A stretch of 63,944 nucleotides of DNA, counting the filler, from Ministeria vibrans ATCC 50519 (lineage: Eukaryota; Protista; Filasterea): the NCBI GenBank assembly GCA_943704425.1. It is 5 parts of 5 records of this genome, joined end to end, with 100 filler letters (N's around TTAATTAATTAA, not from the genome) between each part and the next. Parts side by side here need not be neighbours in the genome. Positions count along the whole stretch, not along the records: positions 1 to 19,351 come from CALSCP010001487.1; positions 19,452 to 28,478 come from CALSCP010002253.1; 3 more parts are not named here. One strand, written 5' to 3'. Under the pieces are notes generated by a model. That model was given only the letters and a program-made list of their open reading frames with translations, searched no databases and was not told the origin of the DNA. How positions within the stretch are numbered: the first letter of the stretch is position 1; each line of letters begins with the position of its first letter. The translations under genes and the position numbers were made by a program. Shown in pieces: positions 13,025 to 23,700 of this stretch.

Positions 13025-14261
13025 TGCGACTGAGGAGAGGGGAAATAAAAAAAAGCAAAAAAAAGTGAGATTGTTTTCGCAAATGGAATAATGGTAAGAA
13101 GGGCGACTTGCGGAACGGCAGAGGGCGCAGAGAAGAGGAACGGACGCACGGACCGAATGGGTGCAGTGGCAGCGAGAGCGTGTGGACAGGAGAGCGACGT
13201 CGTAAGGAGCGTTTTTTTTCTTTTCATTTTTGCGTTCAGAGCGTCAAAGGAGCGATTGGCCGCGGGAGGGATCGGGGAGCGAGTGGAGCAAAGAAGTTGG
13301 TTGCGTATGACAGGCAAGATGCAGCGCCATTGGCAGTGTGACAGTCAACAAGTTCAAAAAAGAAAAAAGATCAGCTTACATAGAGTCGAGGCTTCCCAAA
13401 GGCCACGTCTATCGGTTTGGACTACGTTTGGGACGAGATGTCTATCAGGCGAGGGAAGAACGAAAATTCAATAGATTTTTTTTTGATTTTTTTTTTTTGA
13501 TTTTTTGATTTTTCAGATTAGAATTCCAAAATTGAAAATCAAATCAATTCTTAATCTTCTTTCGAGTTGCGAAACCGTCTCTCTACTCTTTTCGACTTGT
13601 GGCTGTTGTTTGATCTCACAAGTGCCAAGGATGATCAAGAATGTGTACGTTGTTCGGCAAACTTGAGTGTGTCTGTAGTTCAGCGGCTTCATATCGCCAC
13701 GAGCTTGTCCGCACCTCGCGGGCTGTAGTGCCGTGGCACGTCTAGGCGCAAGAGCGACCTCGCGCATTGCCTCGATGACTGTTTAATGGGGAGACGCGTT
13801 TTTTTTCACCTTGAAAAATGTCTTTGTGGGGTTTTCCTTGTGGAATGCTCGTGTTGGGACGGGTCTCATGGGAAACGCGTGAGCGGTGTCCTTGCCAGGG
13901 AACACACTCGGAGGGTCAGTGTAGGCGATGAGGCGCTAGATTTTTATTTTTATTTTGTGTGTTGCCAAATTTCTTCACTGTGGCGTGTTGTGAGAGCGTT
14001 GTGGTGGCGCCAGCACTCTGGGCACGAGGGGTTGCGACGTGTTGTTTGCGTCGGTTGACTTTGAGCCGCAATGGGGTCGTTGTTTGGGTGTTTTTTGATA
14101 TGTTGTCCCACAAATACGAACTCGTCAGTAATTATCTCTGCTTTGATCTTTTTTGTGTGTGTGTGTCTACGTCGCTCTCCGGATGTTTTGCATCGGGACA
14201 TGTGCGTACGTGAGTGTGAGTTGACCCTGATGTTGTGCCATGCCACAGACGCTATGCCGCG

Positions 14262-14778
14262 ATGAATCTTGCGCCCATTGAGGTGAAAGTGCGCAAAGCG
14301 ACGTCGAACGAAGCATGGGGAGCGAGCGGCGAGGAACTTGCTGAGATTGCTGCCGCAACCTTCAACTAGTAAGGCACTGTATATATATAAAGGAGACTGC
14401 GTAATAACTTTTTTTTTTTTTCTTCGATTTTGCAGTGAAACCTTTCCTGTGCTGATGAAAGCCGTCTGGAAGCGACTCGACGACGACGGACGCAACTGGC
14501 GGCACGTCTACAAGGTGAGAAGAAGAAAAACAAAAGGGAGTTGAGTTGTGGGGGAGGCGTTTGACGGTTTGGATACCAATAGGGACTGCTGCTGCTTGAC
14601 TACATCACCAAAACAGGGTCGGAGCAGGTGGCCAAGGCGGCGCGCGACAACATTGTCAAGATTCGAACACTTAAGGATTTTAACTACATTGACAAGGAGG
14701 GTGTCGATCAGGGCTTTAATGGTACTGAGAATGTTCGTGTTTGTGTTTGTGTGTGATTAGTGAGCTTCATGTGTGGCC

Positions 14779-14839
<61 letters not shown>

Positions 14840-16298
14840 GATTAGTGTATGCCTTGTGTGCGAACTTGTGTTCTTTTGTCTCGCTCACTCTCTTTTACAC
14901 ATTCGGCTTCCTCCCCCCTCCTTCTTTTCTCGAACAGTGCGCGAGAAGGCAAAGAATCTGGTGGCACTGTTGAACGACGACGCACTGCTGCAAGAGGAAC
15001 GAGAGAAGGCCATTTCGTTGCGAGACCGAATGGCGGAGGTCAACACGTCGTATAGGGCCGTGTCGAACGCAGCGCAGAAGGAGCGCCACCGCTCGGCGTA
15101 TTCGGACCGGCCGAAAGGCGGCGGCAGTAGTGGAGGTGGTGGGGGGTCGCCGTCGTCGTCGCTTGGCGTGGGCTACAACCCCAAGACAGGCTTGTCGCCG
15201 GGAGCCGCGCGCAGCAGCCCCCACTCGGGCTCTTCCACATACCCTGTGGTTGCTGCTCCTGTGCAGTCGAGTGAAGAAGCACAAATTGCCATGGCACTGG
15301 AGATGAGTCGTCGCGAGCATGCCCAAGAGGAGCAGCGTCGCGCGCGATCCGAGCAAGCGGATCTTGAGCGTGCGCTGGCGGAGAGCCAACGGGCGTCGGC
15401 TGCTGCAGCGGTACCCCCTCCGGCAGCAACCACCACTGCGGACCCTTGGGCACCCCAGACAATAACTGCCGCCACGCGAACTCCACAGCAGTTCGCTGCC
15501 AACGACCCCTTTGCCCCACAGGTCTCAGCGCCCCTCAGCACATCTGCGCCTGCCCCGGATCCCTGGGCGACCCACAGCACCTCCACCACAGCATCTCCCT
15601 TCACCCCTACCGCTCCCACCACCAACACAGCAGCAGCTCCTGCCGCTGACCCGTGGGCGCCCTCTCCGCAACACCAACAGCAACAGCTATTCTCCTCCAC
15701 CCCCCCCACCACTGCCTCCACATCTGCTTCCCAGTCTGATGCCTTCTCAATGGCTCCTGTTGCCTCTGCCCTCTCCACCACAGTACACATTAGAAAGCAT
15801 TTCAAATTGAAACTGTTTCCACTGACGCTTTTTCTACCTTTTTAGTCGACGACACCGCCGACGAAGAAGCCGGCACTTCTAGACGACCGCGCGAGTCAGC
15901 TTGTGAACCTGGATGCGCTCATCACCGGCACAAGCGCATCTCCTTCCTCGTTTGCACCCACTGCTCCCGCTCACGCTCCCACCTCTGCCTCGTCGGGCTT
16001 CAACCCGTTTGCATCGTCACTCAGTGGATCTTCGCCCTTTGCCAACCCCGCCCCAGCCGCACACAAGGCACCTAATCCCTTTCTTGACCGCCAGCCTCCT
16101 AAGCCGTCAATGAACCAGATGCGTGCGGGCCCGCCTCCACCGCGCCCCGACTCGCACCTTCCTGCCCCTCTTATCCCCGTCTCCGAGCCTGCCTCTGTTT
16201 CCCGCCATGTCCCCGCCTTCTCTGTCTCCCCGGTCGTCCCTGCAGCGCCAGCTTCTTCCAAACAACCCACCTCTTTCAACACCAATCCCTTCTTCTAA
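14262..16298 (+). CDS. EPN: Epsin (ENTH, 2 UIM, DPW motifs, clathrin box, NPF motifs); true start may lie upstream
   Basis: ENTH motifs [39 protein letters not shown] and FNYIDKEGVDQG. UIMs SEEAQIAMALEMSRRE and EQADLERALAESQR. Three DPW, one DPF, LVNLD and three NPF motifs. Confidence 0.92.
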
Positions 16299-16581
16299 GT
16301 ACAATTTGGATATTATTAAAATTAATAATCATAACTAAATTAGAAGAAGAAGAAAAGGAAGACATTTCCAATTTATTATCAAGCACAAACGAAAAGCGAC
16401 AACGCGAACAGCAAAATGTAATAATAATAATTATTATTATTATTATAATTATAACATTTTTTTATACTATTCGCCTTGAATTTTTCGCAATAATTGAACA
16501 TTACGCGACCAAAGTTGAAAGGTACGATTTATTTAAGAAATAATAACATTAATAACAAATTTTCCCCATCCTTGGCATACA

Positions 16582-17077
16582 ATGTTCAAGCGAATGCAAA
16601 AATGGGGCGGGGTAGCACAGCCACACAGTTCAGAGAGCAGCGGCGAGGATTCGGGAGACGAGGATCACGAGCTGGCGAAAGTCGACCTGGATGCCGTCAC
16701 CCACCTCTCGTCCGTCCCCAACTCCGTCGTCCAGTGCCCTCTGTGTCCCGAAAAGAAGTTTCGCAGCGTCTCTGATCGCGACAGCCACCTGAAGAGCAAG
16801 GTAGCGCCGACACGTTGTGCGTTTTCCGCTGACGCAACTCGCTAGGTGCATCGCGGACGGATGCGGGCATTGACGCGCGCTGCCGAGGAAGGCGACGGCA
16901 GCAGCAGCAGCAGCAGTAGCGGTGGCAGTGACGGCGAAGAGGAGGGCGGTGCAGGCGCGACGGAAGGGCGCACAGTACACGACGGCGGGTCGTCAACAAA
17001 GGGGCAGAAGGGTCGCAAGAGCCGCAGTCGACGACGACGCAAGCGCATTGCCAAGGCAGTCGAAGAGCCGGTAGCCA

Positions 17078-17118
<41 letters not shown>

Positions 17119-17226
17119 GAGGGCGGTGGGAAGAAGCGTAAAGGGGCGTCGGACGAGGCGACGGAGGCTGTCGTGCAGAAGAAGCCCAAGCGCCGTGCAG
17201 GTGCCGAGAAGAAGCTCAAGGACTAA
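16582..17226 (+). CDS. Small C2H2 zinc-finger protein with a Lys/Arg-rich tail (2 exons)
   Basis: CPLCPEKKFRSVSDRDSHLKSK|VH after removing intron 16801-16845. Basic NLS-like stretches RKSRSRRRRKR and KKRK. Confidence 0.7.
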
Positions 17227-17381
17227 GGAGGACGCGTCGCCTTGTACCTCCATGTATATGTACAGGTTTAGTCGTGTAGGATAGATTTTGAACTTGTATT
17301 CATGATTAAAACTTAAAAATTATCGCGATCAACTTAAATCAAACACGTTAGAACGTTAGATTTAGTTGTCCGTCTCTTCCA

Positions 17382-17689
17382 ATGCGGCGATCAAAGTTTG
17401 GGCGCCATTCGCCTCCGTCTGCGTACAACACGCGAGTGCACGAATCGACGCGAATCGCCAAAGCGTGGTAGGCCGAGAAGAAGGGTTGTGCCGTCGCCGC
17501 TCACCCTCGCCGTCGCACAGGGGCGGGTTCATTGTGACGGCCGTTGTTCTGTTTGTCGTGGTCAAGTGGGATGTGGACCGCAAGAAGCGTGCCGAGCTCG
17601 TTCTGAAGAATGAAGCGCGAATGCGCGAGTACGAGGCAAGCACTCGAAAACTCGCACCCGGCAGCTCGTCGGACGCGACGGACGCTTGA
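17382..17689 (+). CDS. Small single-pass membrane protein (2 exons), function unknown
   Basis: MRRSKFGRHSPPSAYNTRVHESTRIAKAW|GGFIVTAVVLFVVVKWDVDRKKRAE...* via a GT-AG intron. One TM segment followed by a basic helix. Confidence 0.5.
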
Positions 17690-17841
17690 GAGAGACTGTA
17701 CACACGATGATGACCAATGTAACACCACGATGAGCCGACGGAGTAGAGTCAGGGACTGCCAGAATACATTTCATAAGTCATTCTTGTCTCTCTCCTTTTC
17801 TTTTCTTGCTTGAGCGCGTCTTTGTTTTGTTGAGCCGAGAG

Positions 17842-18578
17842 ATGGAGGAGTCATTTATGGGATTGTTGAAGGAAGCCGCGCCGGATCGGCTGTGTTGTCA
17901 TCGTCGTTGGTTTGCAAAGTTGCGCTCGTTGTACGAGTCGCCCTCGCGCCACTACCATCGCCTGTCTCACGTCGAGAGTATGCTGAGCGGGATCGGGTCT
18001 GTGTTTCTTGTCGACGAGTACGGTTAGCGGTTAGCGCACTGAGTCGTTGCGTAACAGTTGACCCAAAAAGTGAACTTGAAAGGTTTCAGGATGTGACTGC
18101 GACACGCTTGGCTGTGTGGTTCCACGACGCCATCTACGATGCGACAGCGGGCGACAACGAAGAGCAGTCGGCCGTGCTGTTCCAAGAATATGCCCAGGAG
18201 ATGGCGATGGACGAAGCCCAAGCGAGGCAAGTGGCGGAAATGATTATCGCGACGAAACGCCATCGAACTGCAGCGCATGAGAGCGACACGACGGCCCCCA
18301 CCGGCACGGACGATGTCCATCGCATGCTTGACCTTGACATGATGATTCTGGGCAGCGAATGGGACGTCTACGAGGCGTATTCACAGGCAATTCGTCGTGA
18401 ATACGCTCACTTGACGACCGATGCGTTTTGCGCGGGTCGTGCGAGAGCGCTCAGGAGCTTCCTTTCTATCCCACACATTTTCTGCACTCGAACGGGCCAC
18501 GAATTGTGGGAAGAACGCGCACGGGCAAATATCGCCAAAGAAATCGGCATACTAGAGCGATCGAGTGCGAGTGAGTGA
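17842..18578 (+). CDS. HD-superfamily metal-dependent phosphohydrolase (COG4339-like), 2 exons
   Basis: YESPSRHYHRLSH, LAVWFHDAIYD...DNEEQSA, DLDMMILG...YEAYSQAIRREY...GRARAL, ARANI. Confidence 0.85.
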
Positions 18579-18633
18579 GTGTTTGTGTTGAAGTGAGAGA
18601 CAGAGAGAGTCGTAGAGAAAGTGTGTATGAGAG

Positions 18634-18794
18634 TTAAAAGATGTCGGGGGCATTTGGGAATGAGCGGTCGGCCTTGTGTCTCCAGTACGCTTGGGTGTAG
18701 ACGTATGTGCGCTCGCGCGTATCAGGGTCGTCTTGCAGTGCAAAGTAACGCGGTGTCTGCAATGAGAGAGTCAAGATTGAGAAAGAGAAAGAGA

Positions 18795-18825
<31 letters not shown>

Positions 18826-19269
18826 GAGAAAGAAACAAAGTGATAGAGAGAGAGAGAGAGAGAGGAGAAGAAACAAAGTGATACTGTGATAGAGGGAGAG
18901 AGAGGAGAAAGAAACAAAGTGATACTGTGATAGAGGGAGAGAGGAGAAAGAAACAAAAGTGATAGAAATACAAAGAGAGAGAGAAAAATAAATAAATGGT
19001 ACCCAAGGAGTGCCATTCTCAGTGCGCTGTGCTCTGGCCTGTCTCTGCTTGACTTCCAGGCGAGGCTTCTCTTTCTGCGCCTCCTTAATATCGCCCTTCT
19101 CGAGCAAGCGCTGATCAGGGCGCAGACGAGAGTCAGTGGGCGCAACAGTGCCAGCGAGCGCAGAGGGCACAGGCGCATTGAGCTCCCGCGCAAACTGCGT
19201 CATTCCGTACTGGGTGCTTGCGTCACTCGGCCGTCCGTGCGCCCGCCACAGCTCAAACACCGGATCACT
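18634..19269 (-). CDS. Oxysterol-binding protein, 3' end only (cut by linker)
   Basis: QYGMTQFARELN, APTDSRLRPDQRLLE, EKPRLEVKQR, PRYF, YW...FPNAPDIF*: the ORD C-terminus. Confidence 0.9.
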
Positions 19270-19351
19270 CTGTGCGTTCATTTTTAGTCGACATTCGATT
19301 CGACGCCTTTGTTTTTTTTTTTTTTTTTTTTTTTCGTACTGGTTTGGGTTT

Positions 19352-19451
19352 NNNNNNNNNNNNNNNNNNNNNNNNNNNNNNNNNNNNNNNNNNNNTTAAT
19401 TAATTAANNNNNNNNNNNNNNNNNNNNNNNNNNNNNNNNNNNNNNNNNNNN
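19352..19451. other. Artificial contig linker N44-TTAATTAATTAA-N44
   Basis: Identical 100-nt spacer with six-frame stops at four places in the window. Confidence 0.95.
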
Positions 19452-20281
19452 TGCATCACTGGCACTCACTTGATCATGGACAAAAAAAAACTTACAAACG
19501 CACACGATGAAACTGCCATCAGCGTTAAACCGGCTTGGGCCTGGCGCCTCGGTGCGAGTCACCATCGAACACTGTCCATTGTGAACAGTCGCAACATGAT
19601 CCTGCGCAAACAAAAGGAGACATGGACGAAAAAAAAATGAGAAAACTTATTAATAAAATAATAAATATTTTTGGCGATGACAAGAGATCAAACACAATAA
19701 CAAAAGACAAAGCAGGTGAGAGCACTCAGCCCATACAACACACTGACACACACACACACACACAACAGGCGTGGGAGGGGACACACGGCCAGGGACACGC
19801 AGCATACCTCGCTCTCGGCCACTGCGCCACTGGTGAACTGCTCGCCCGCACTGTCAACGTCAAACCCCGAAAAATTCCCATCGACCACAGATGAGCAAAA
19901 CAAAACCGAGCTCCTCTGGCACGTACCGTTGAGGCTCGCCATGCTGGATGGGGTCGTGTATGCGGCGGACCCAGCGCATGCGCAGTGAAGCGCCATTCTG
20001 CAAGTGGAGTCCGCTGAGTTCAGCTTCGACGCTGTATCGGTCGCCTGTGTGCAGCAGAATCGTTGCCAGGTCCTTCGCGCCATGCGAGCCGATCAACTTC
20101 TGGTACTGCTTCCTCCTACAACACAAAGTAAGCGAGGAGAGGGCGCTCGCTTGCCGTTTGGGCGTGTGTACTTGGCCGCAGGCAACGTTCGTTTTCCTTG
20201 GCCTTTCGTCGTGATTGAGCACTGCGTCATTTCGACGCGACCGTCCGACTCATACAGAATCTTTCCAGAGGTTTGACCCAT
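19452..20281 (-). CDS. 5' part of an unknown multi-exon gene starting MGQTSG (possible N-myristoylation)
   Basis: Phase-consistent GT-AG exons: MGQTSGKILYESDGRVEMTQCSITTKGQGKRTLPAAK|RKQYQKLIGSHGAKDLATILLHTGDRYSVEAELSGLHLQNGASLRMRWVRRIHDPIQHGEPQR|AGEQFTSGAVAESE|DHVATVHNGQCSMVTRTEAPG... No domain recognised. Confidence 0.55.
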
Positions 20282-20703
20282 GACGGCAGAAGAAGAAAAA
20301 TGTATATTGTGAATTGAATTTATTGAAAAGTTACGCAATTCGTCCAAATAAAATTAATCTGCCCGTAGAAGTCGAGTAGTCTTAATTTCAAGGCGATGAT
20401 GGACCACTAAGCTACAACCAAGTATCAAGTATCAACAACCTTGACTGAACCTTGGCTTAGCGACGAGGTGATCAAAGTGATATTTTATGACGACACTATG
20501 ACGAAAAGGTTATCTCAAAGGTTATTCTTCGTCACCACAAAATCACACCTAATCAACGCAACTGGCTTGACACAGAAAAAAAAACACAAACATTTCACGT
20601 CTTTGTTCTTGAGAAACACAACATTATTTCCATTTTTATTAAACAACAACAATAATAATAACAATAATAATAATTATTATTATTATAAACAAAAACGCGT
20701 TAT

Positions 20704-23700
20704 CTATACGAGTGCGCTGCTCGTTGACACATCGAGCTCCTTGCGCAACCGCCCCACAATACCAGGCTCAATCGCATCAAACGCCTCGTCAACCGTATCC
20801 ATCATCGGCAGTCCATCAGCATCAAACTGCGCTCGTGCCCCCAACATGGTCGTAATCTTCCGATACTGCAGAATTAGTGCGTCTCGTCGCTCCACAAACT
20901 GTCGCAAGCGCTCTTTCCGCTGCTCTATCGTCTCATTCACATCAATGTCTCGCTGCATCTTCGACTGGTCATCTCGCACCTTCTCAACTACACAAACAAA
21001 CACAACGTCATGGAAAATCAAGACCCAACTTCGTCTCTTCCTCTTACCCTCTTGCAGAAGATTTGCGCGAATGGTCGCAGCACTTCCCGCCCCAATGTTC
21101 GCAATGCTCTTTTTGCGCTGCATCACATAATCATCGCTGCTCATCGCAACCACAACGTCCACAGGCACCGTCTCCTGCATGACAGACGCAATCGCAGGAT
21201 CGTCTCCACCTCCACCCTGCAGATGGTACTCGTGATCCTTGAACACCCCCTTGCGTCCCCCTTCACCACCAGGAGACTCCTCATCCTCATCATCATCATT
21301 CCCTTCATCCGGCATCATGTTCATCGGGTTTGCAATCATGTTGCCAATCTCCACCGCCTCGTCCACCATTTGACCCTCAATCGCCTCTTCCTGTGCATCC
21401 GCCTCCAGTTCCACCATGTCGCCCATTGTCGTATAGTGCACCTCACTCATCACAGACAACACTGGAGTGTCCTCGTCGTCGGTGTAGCACGATTGAGTCC
21501 CCTCGCCCTCCGAATATTTACGGTTCCCATTCGTATTGGTGCTTGCCGAGTTGTTCGTTGTGTCACCACTGCTCGACGACGGTCCCGCCATACTCTGCGT
21601 TTGCTTTGATGTCTTATTTGGAGCTACAACAGAAAGAACAAAGGAAAAAAAAAACAAGAAGAAATAATAATGAGTATTTATGACCATAGCGGCAAAAAAA
21701 AAAAAAAAAAAAAAAAGAGAACAAGAGGTGGGAAAACGGGAATCTTACTTGACTCTGTGCGTGACGGCTGCGACGTGCGGGACAACCCCGGCAGCGAGTT
21801 CTTGACATAGGTTTTGACCTCCTTGTAAGCCTTGCCACGCAGCGAGAACAGCAGACAAATCAAAAAGCCCTGGGTCGTGTTGAAGATGATGAACAGGTAC
21901 CAGAACACCACGCCTGTGAAAGACACAAAAAAAAATCACACACAAACACACACACACACACACACACACGATGAGCAACCACAAAAATAATAATAAAAAG
22001 GGTAGTTCAAGTACCTCCAACAAGAGCAATGTAGGCAAAGAGCCACGCAAGGCCCATTGACACAAACAATCCGCAGTAGAGCAGAATGTTGCGCCAGTTG
22101 CTACGCGACTCAGTCGACTGAATCTTTTTTCTGCTGTTTCGCAGAGTGTGCATCACCTGTCAAACAATGCGACAACAAATATAATTCATGTCAGTGTTTT
22201 TCAATTGTCCCCCATCCCATTTTCTTACTCGAATCATCACAAAGAGATTGTGCAACAGCACAAGTCCAATAGGCACTAGCACAGCTCCAATAAGCCCAGA
22301 GCGAGACGACAGCCAACAGTGCGAACTCCCACTGCCCAGTCCAACCGGCTCCCAACTGTTCGACACATCCACAATCGTCACAATCAGTGTGATGATGGCA
22401 GGAATGACCCAGCCAGTGAATGCATACACTCGCATCTGAGGCGGACTGGCAGACAGCCGCACAAGCAACACCTGAAAATAAAAAGACGTATTATGTGTAC
22501 GCGCCCCACAAAAAGTGAATCACTTGTCCTCCTTACCCAATACTCGTGCGCAATGTTGGCAGTCCACGCAAACGTCACCATCACAAAGAAGTACAGCACC
22601 ACCGCAACCGCATGACACCCATTGCGGTCCGACACCTGATCAATCCCCGCTAAAAACGTAATGTTCACTGCCAGAATCGCAACACACAAGTTCGCCAGAT
22701 TCGTCTGCGGTCGAGTCCGAATGGCCGCAATCAGCACAAACGACAAAAGAATGTACAAACACCTACACAAAAACAAGAATCAGTTTTCACATTCAAATCT
22801 TCTTTTCTTGTTTTTCTTACGCAATGATACTGAGCGAGCACCCAATGTACGTCAGAATCGTCAGTGCCTTCTGATCGGCCGCAGACAGCGTCGTCAGATC
22901 CACTCCCGCAAGAACTGCAAAGCTCGTCAGATGGTAACACCGACAAGTCGTCTCCGTCGCCGACTGTGAAATCACCTCGCATCCGTCGGATGACCACAAA
23001 AGAGTGTCAAAGTCAAAGTAGACACACTCACGAGGGTGGTCGACCGGCACAAGATGCTTGAAGGTCAGTAGTACAGCCGTCGCATTGGTCAGACCACTCA
23101 CTGTGCGGTTGCTCACTGTCAGTCCCACAATGTTTGAGTCGATCCGTTGCGTCTGATTGTCTAGTACAGGTCCAAACGGATTCACCCCAATGTACTCAAT
23201 GAACTTGGTGTCGAAGCACGAGAGACTGTTCACATCCGCTCCAAAGATCTCAAGTGCAAAGCCCGGCTGTAGCGTCGCCGTCGCCCCATTCGACGCATCG
23301 TATGTCTTCTCAATTTGCGTCGCGTTGCTCGCTTTCTCAATCAAGAACACCAACTGTGTTGCACTCAGCTGACTAAACCGGTCGCACGCCTGCAGTCGCG
23401 TGATTAAATCCGCAAAGTTCTCCATCAGCACCGGCACTTGGTTCACTTTGTTCTGGTCCGACCGCAGCGTCGTTGTCGACGCATTGTCCACCAGGTTGTT
23501 CAGCGCGTCCAGTGTGCTGTTCGTCGTGTTCGTCGACACATCGTCAATGTTATTGTCTGAAAACTTAATCACTCCGTCCAGAGACCCCAAAATAATGTCC
23601 GCCGCAGAAGACACATTCTCGACCGCCAGCCACGAGTTGTCCACCGTCACCTGCTTCAGACGCTCCGCATTGTCCTGCGCTGTCTGCGTGCTGTTCGTCG

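Noticed and set aside
13669-13798. tRNA or SRP RNA gene
   Set aside because: No TTCRA T-loop or D-stem closure. The short SRP-like words are in the wrong order and there is no helix-8 motif.
20985-21050. PH-like strand GKRKRRSWVLIFHDVVFVCV in the aGPCR tail ORF
   Set aside because: The sequence is gtaagagg...tttgtgtag, a typical short intron that happens to read through in frame.
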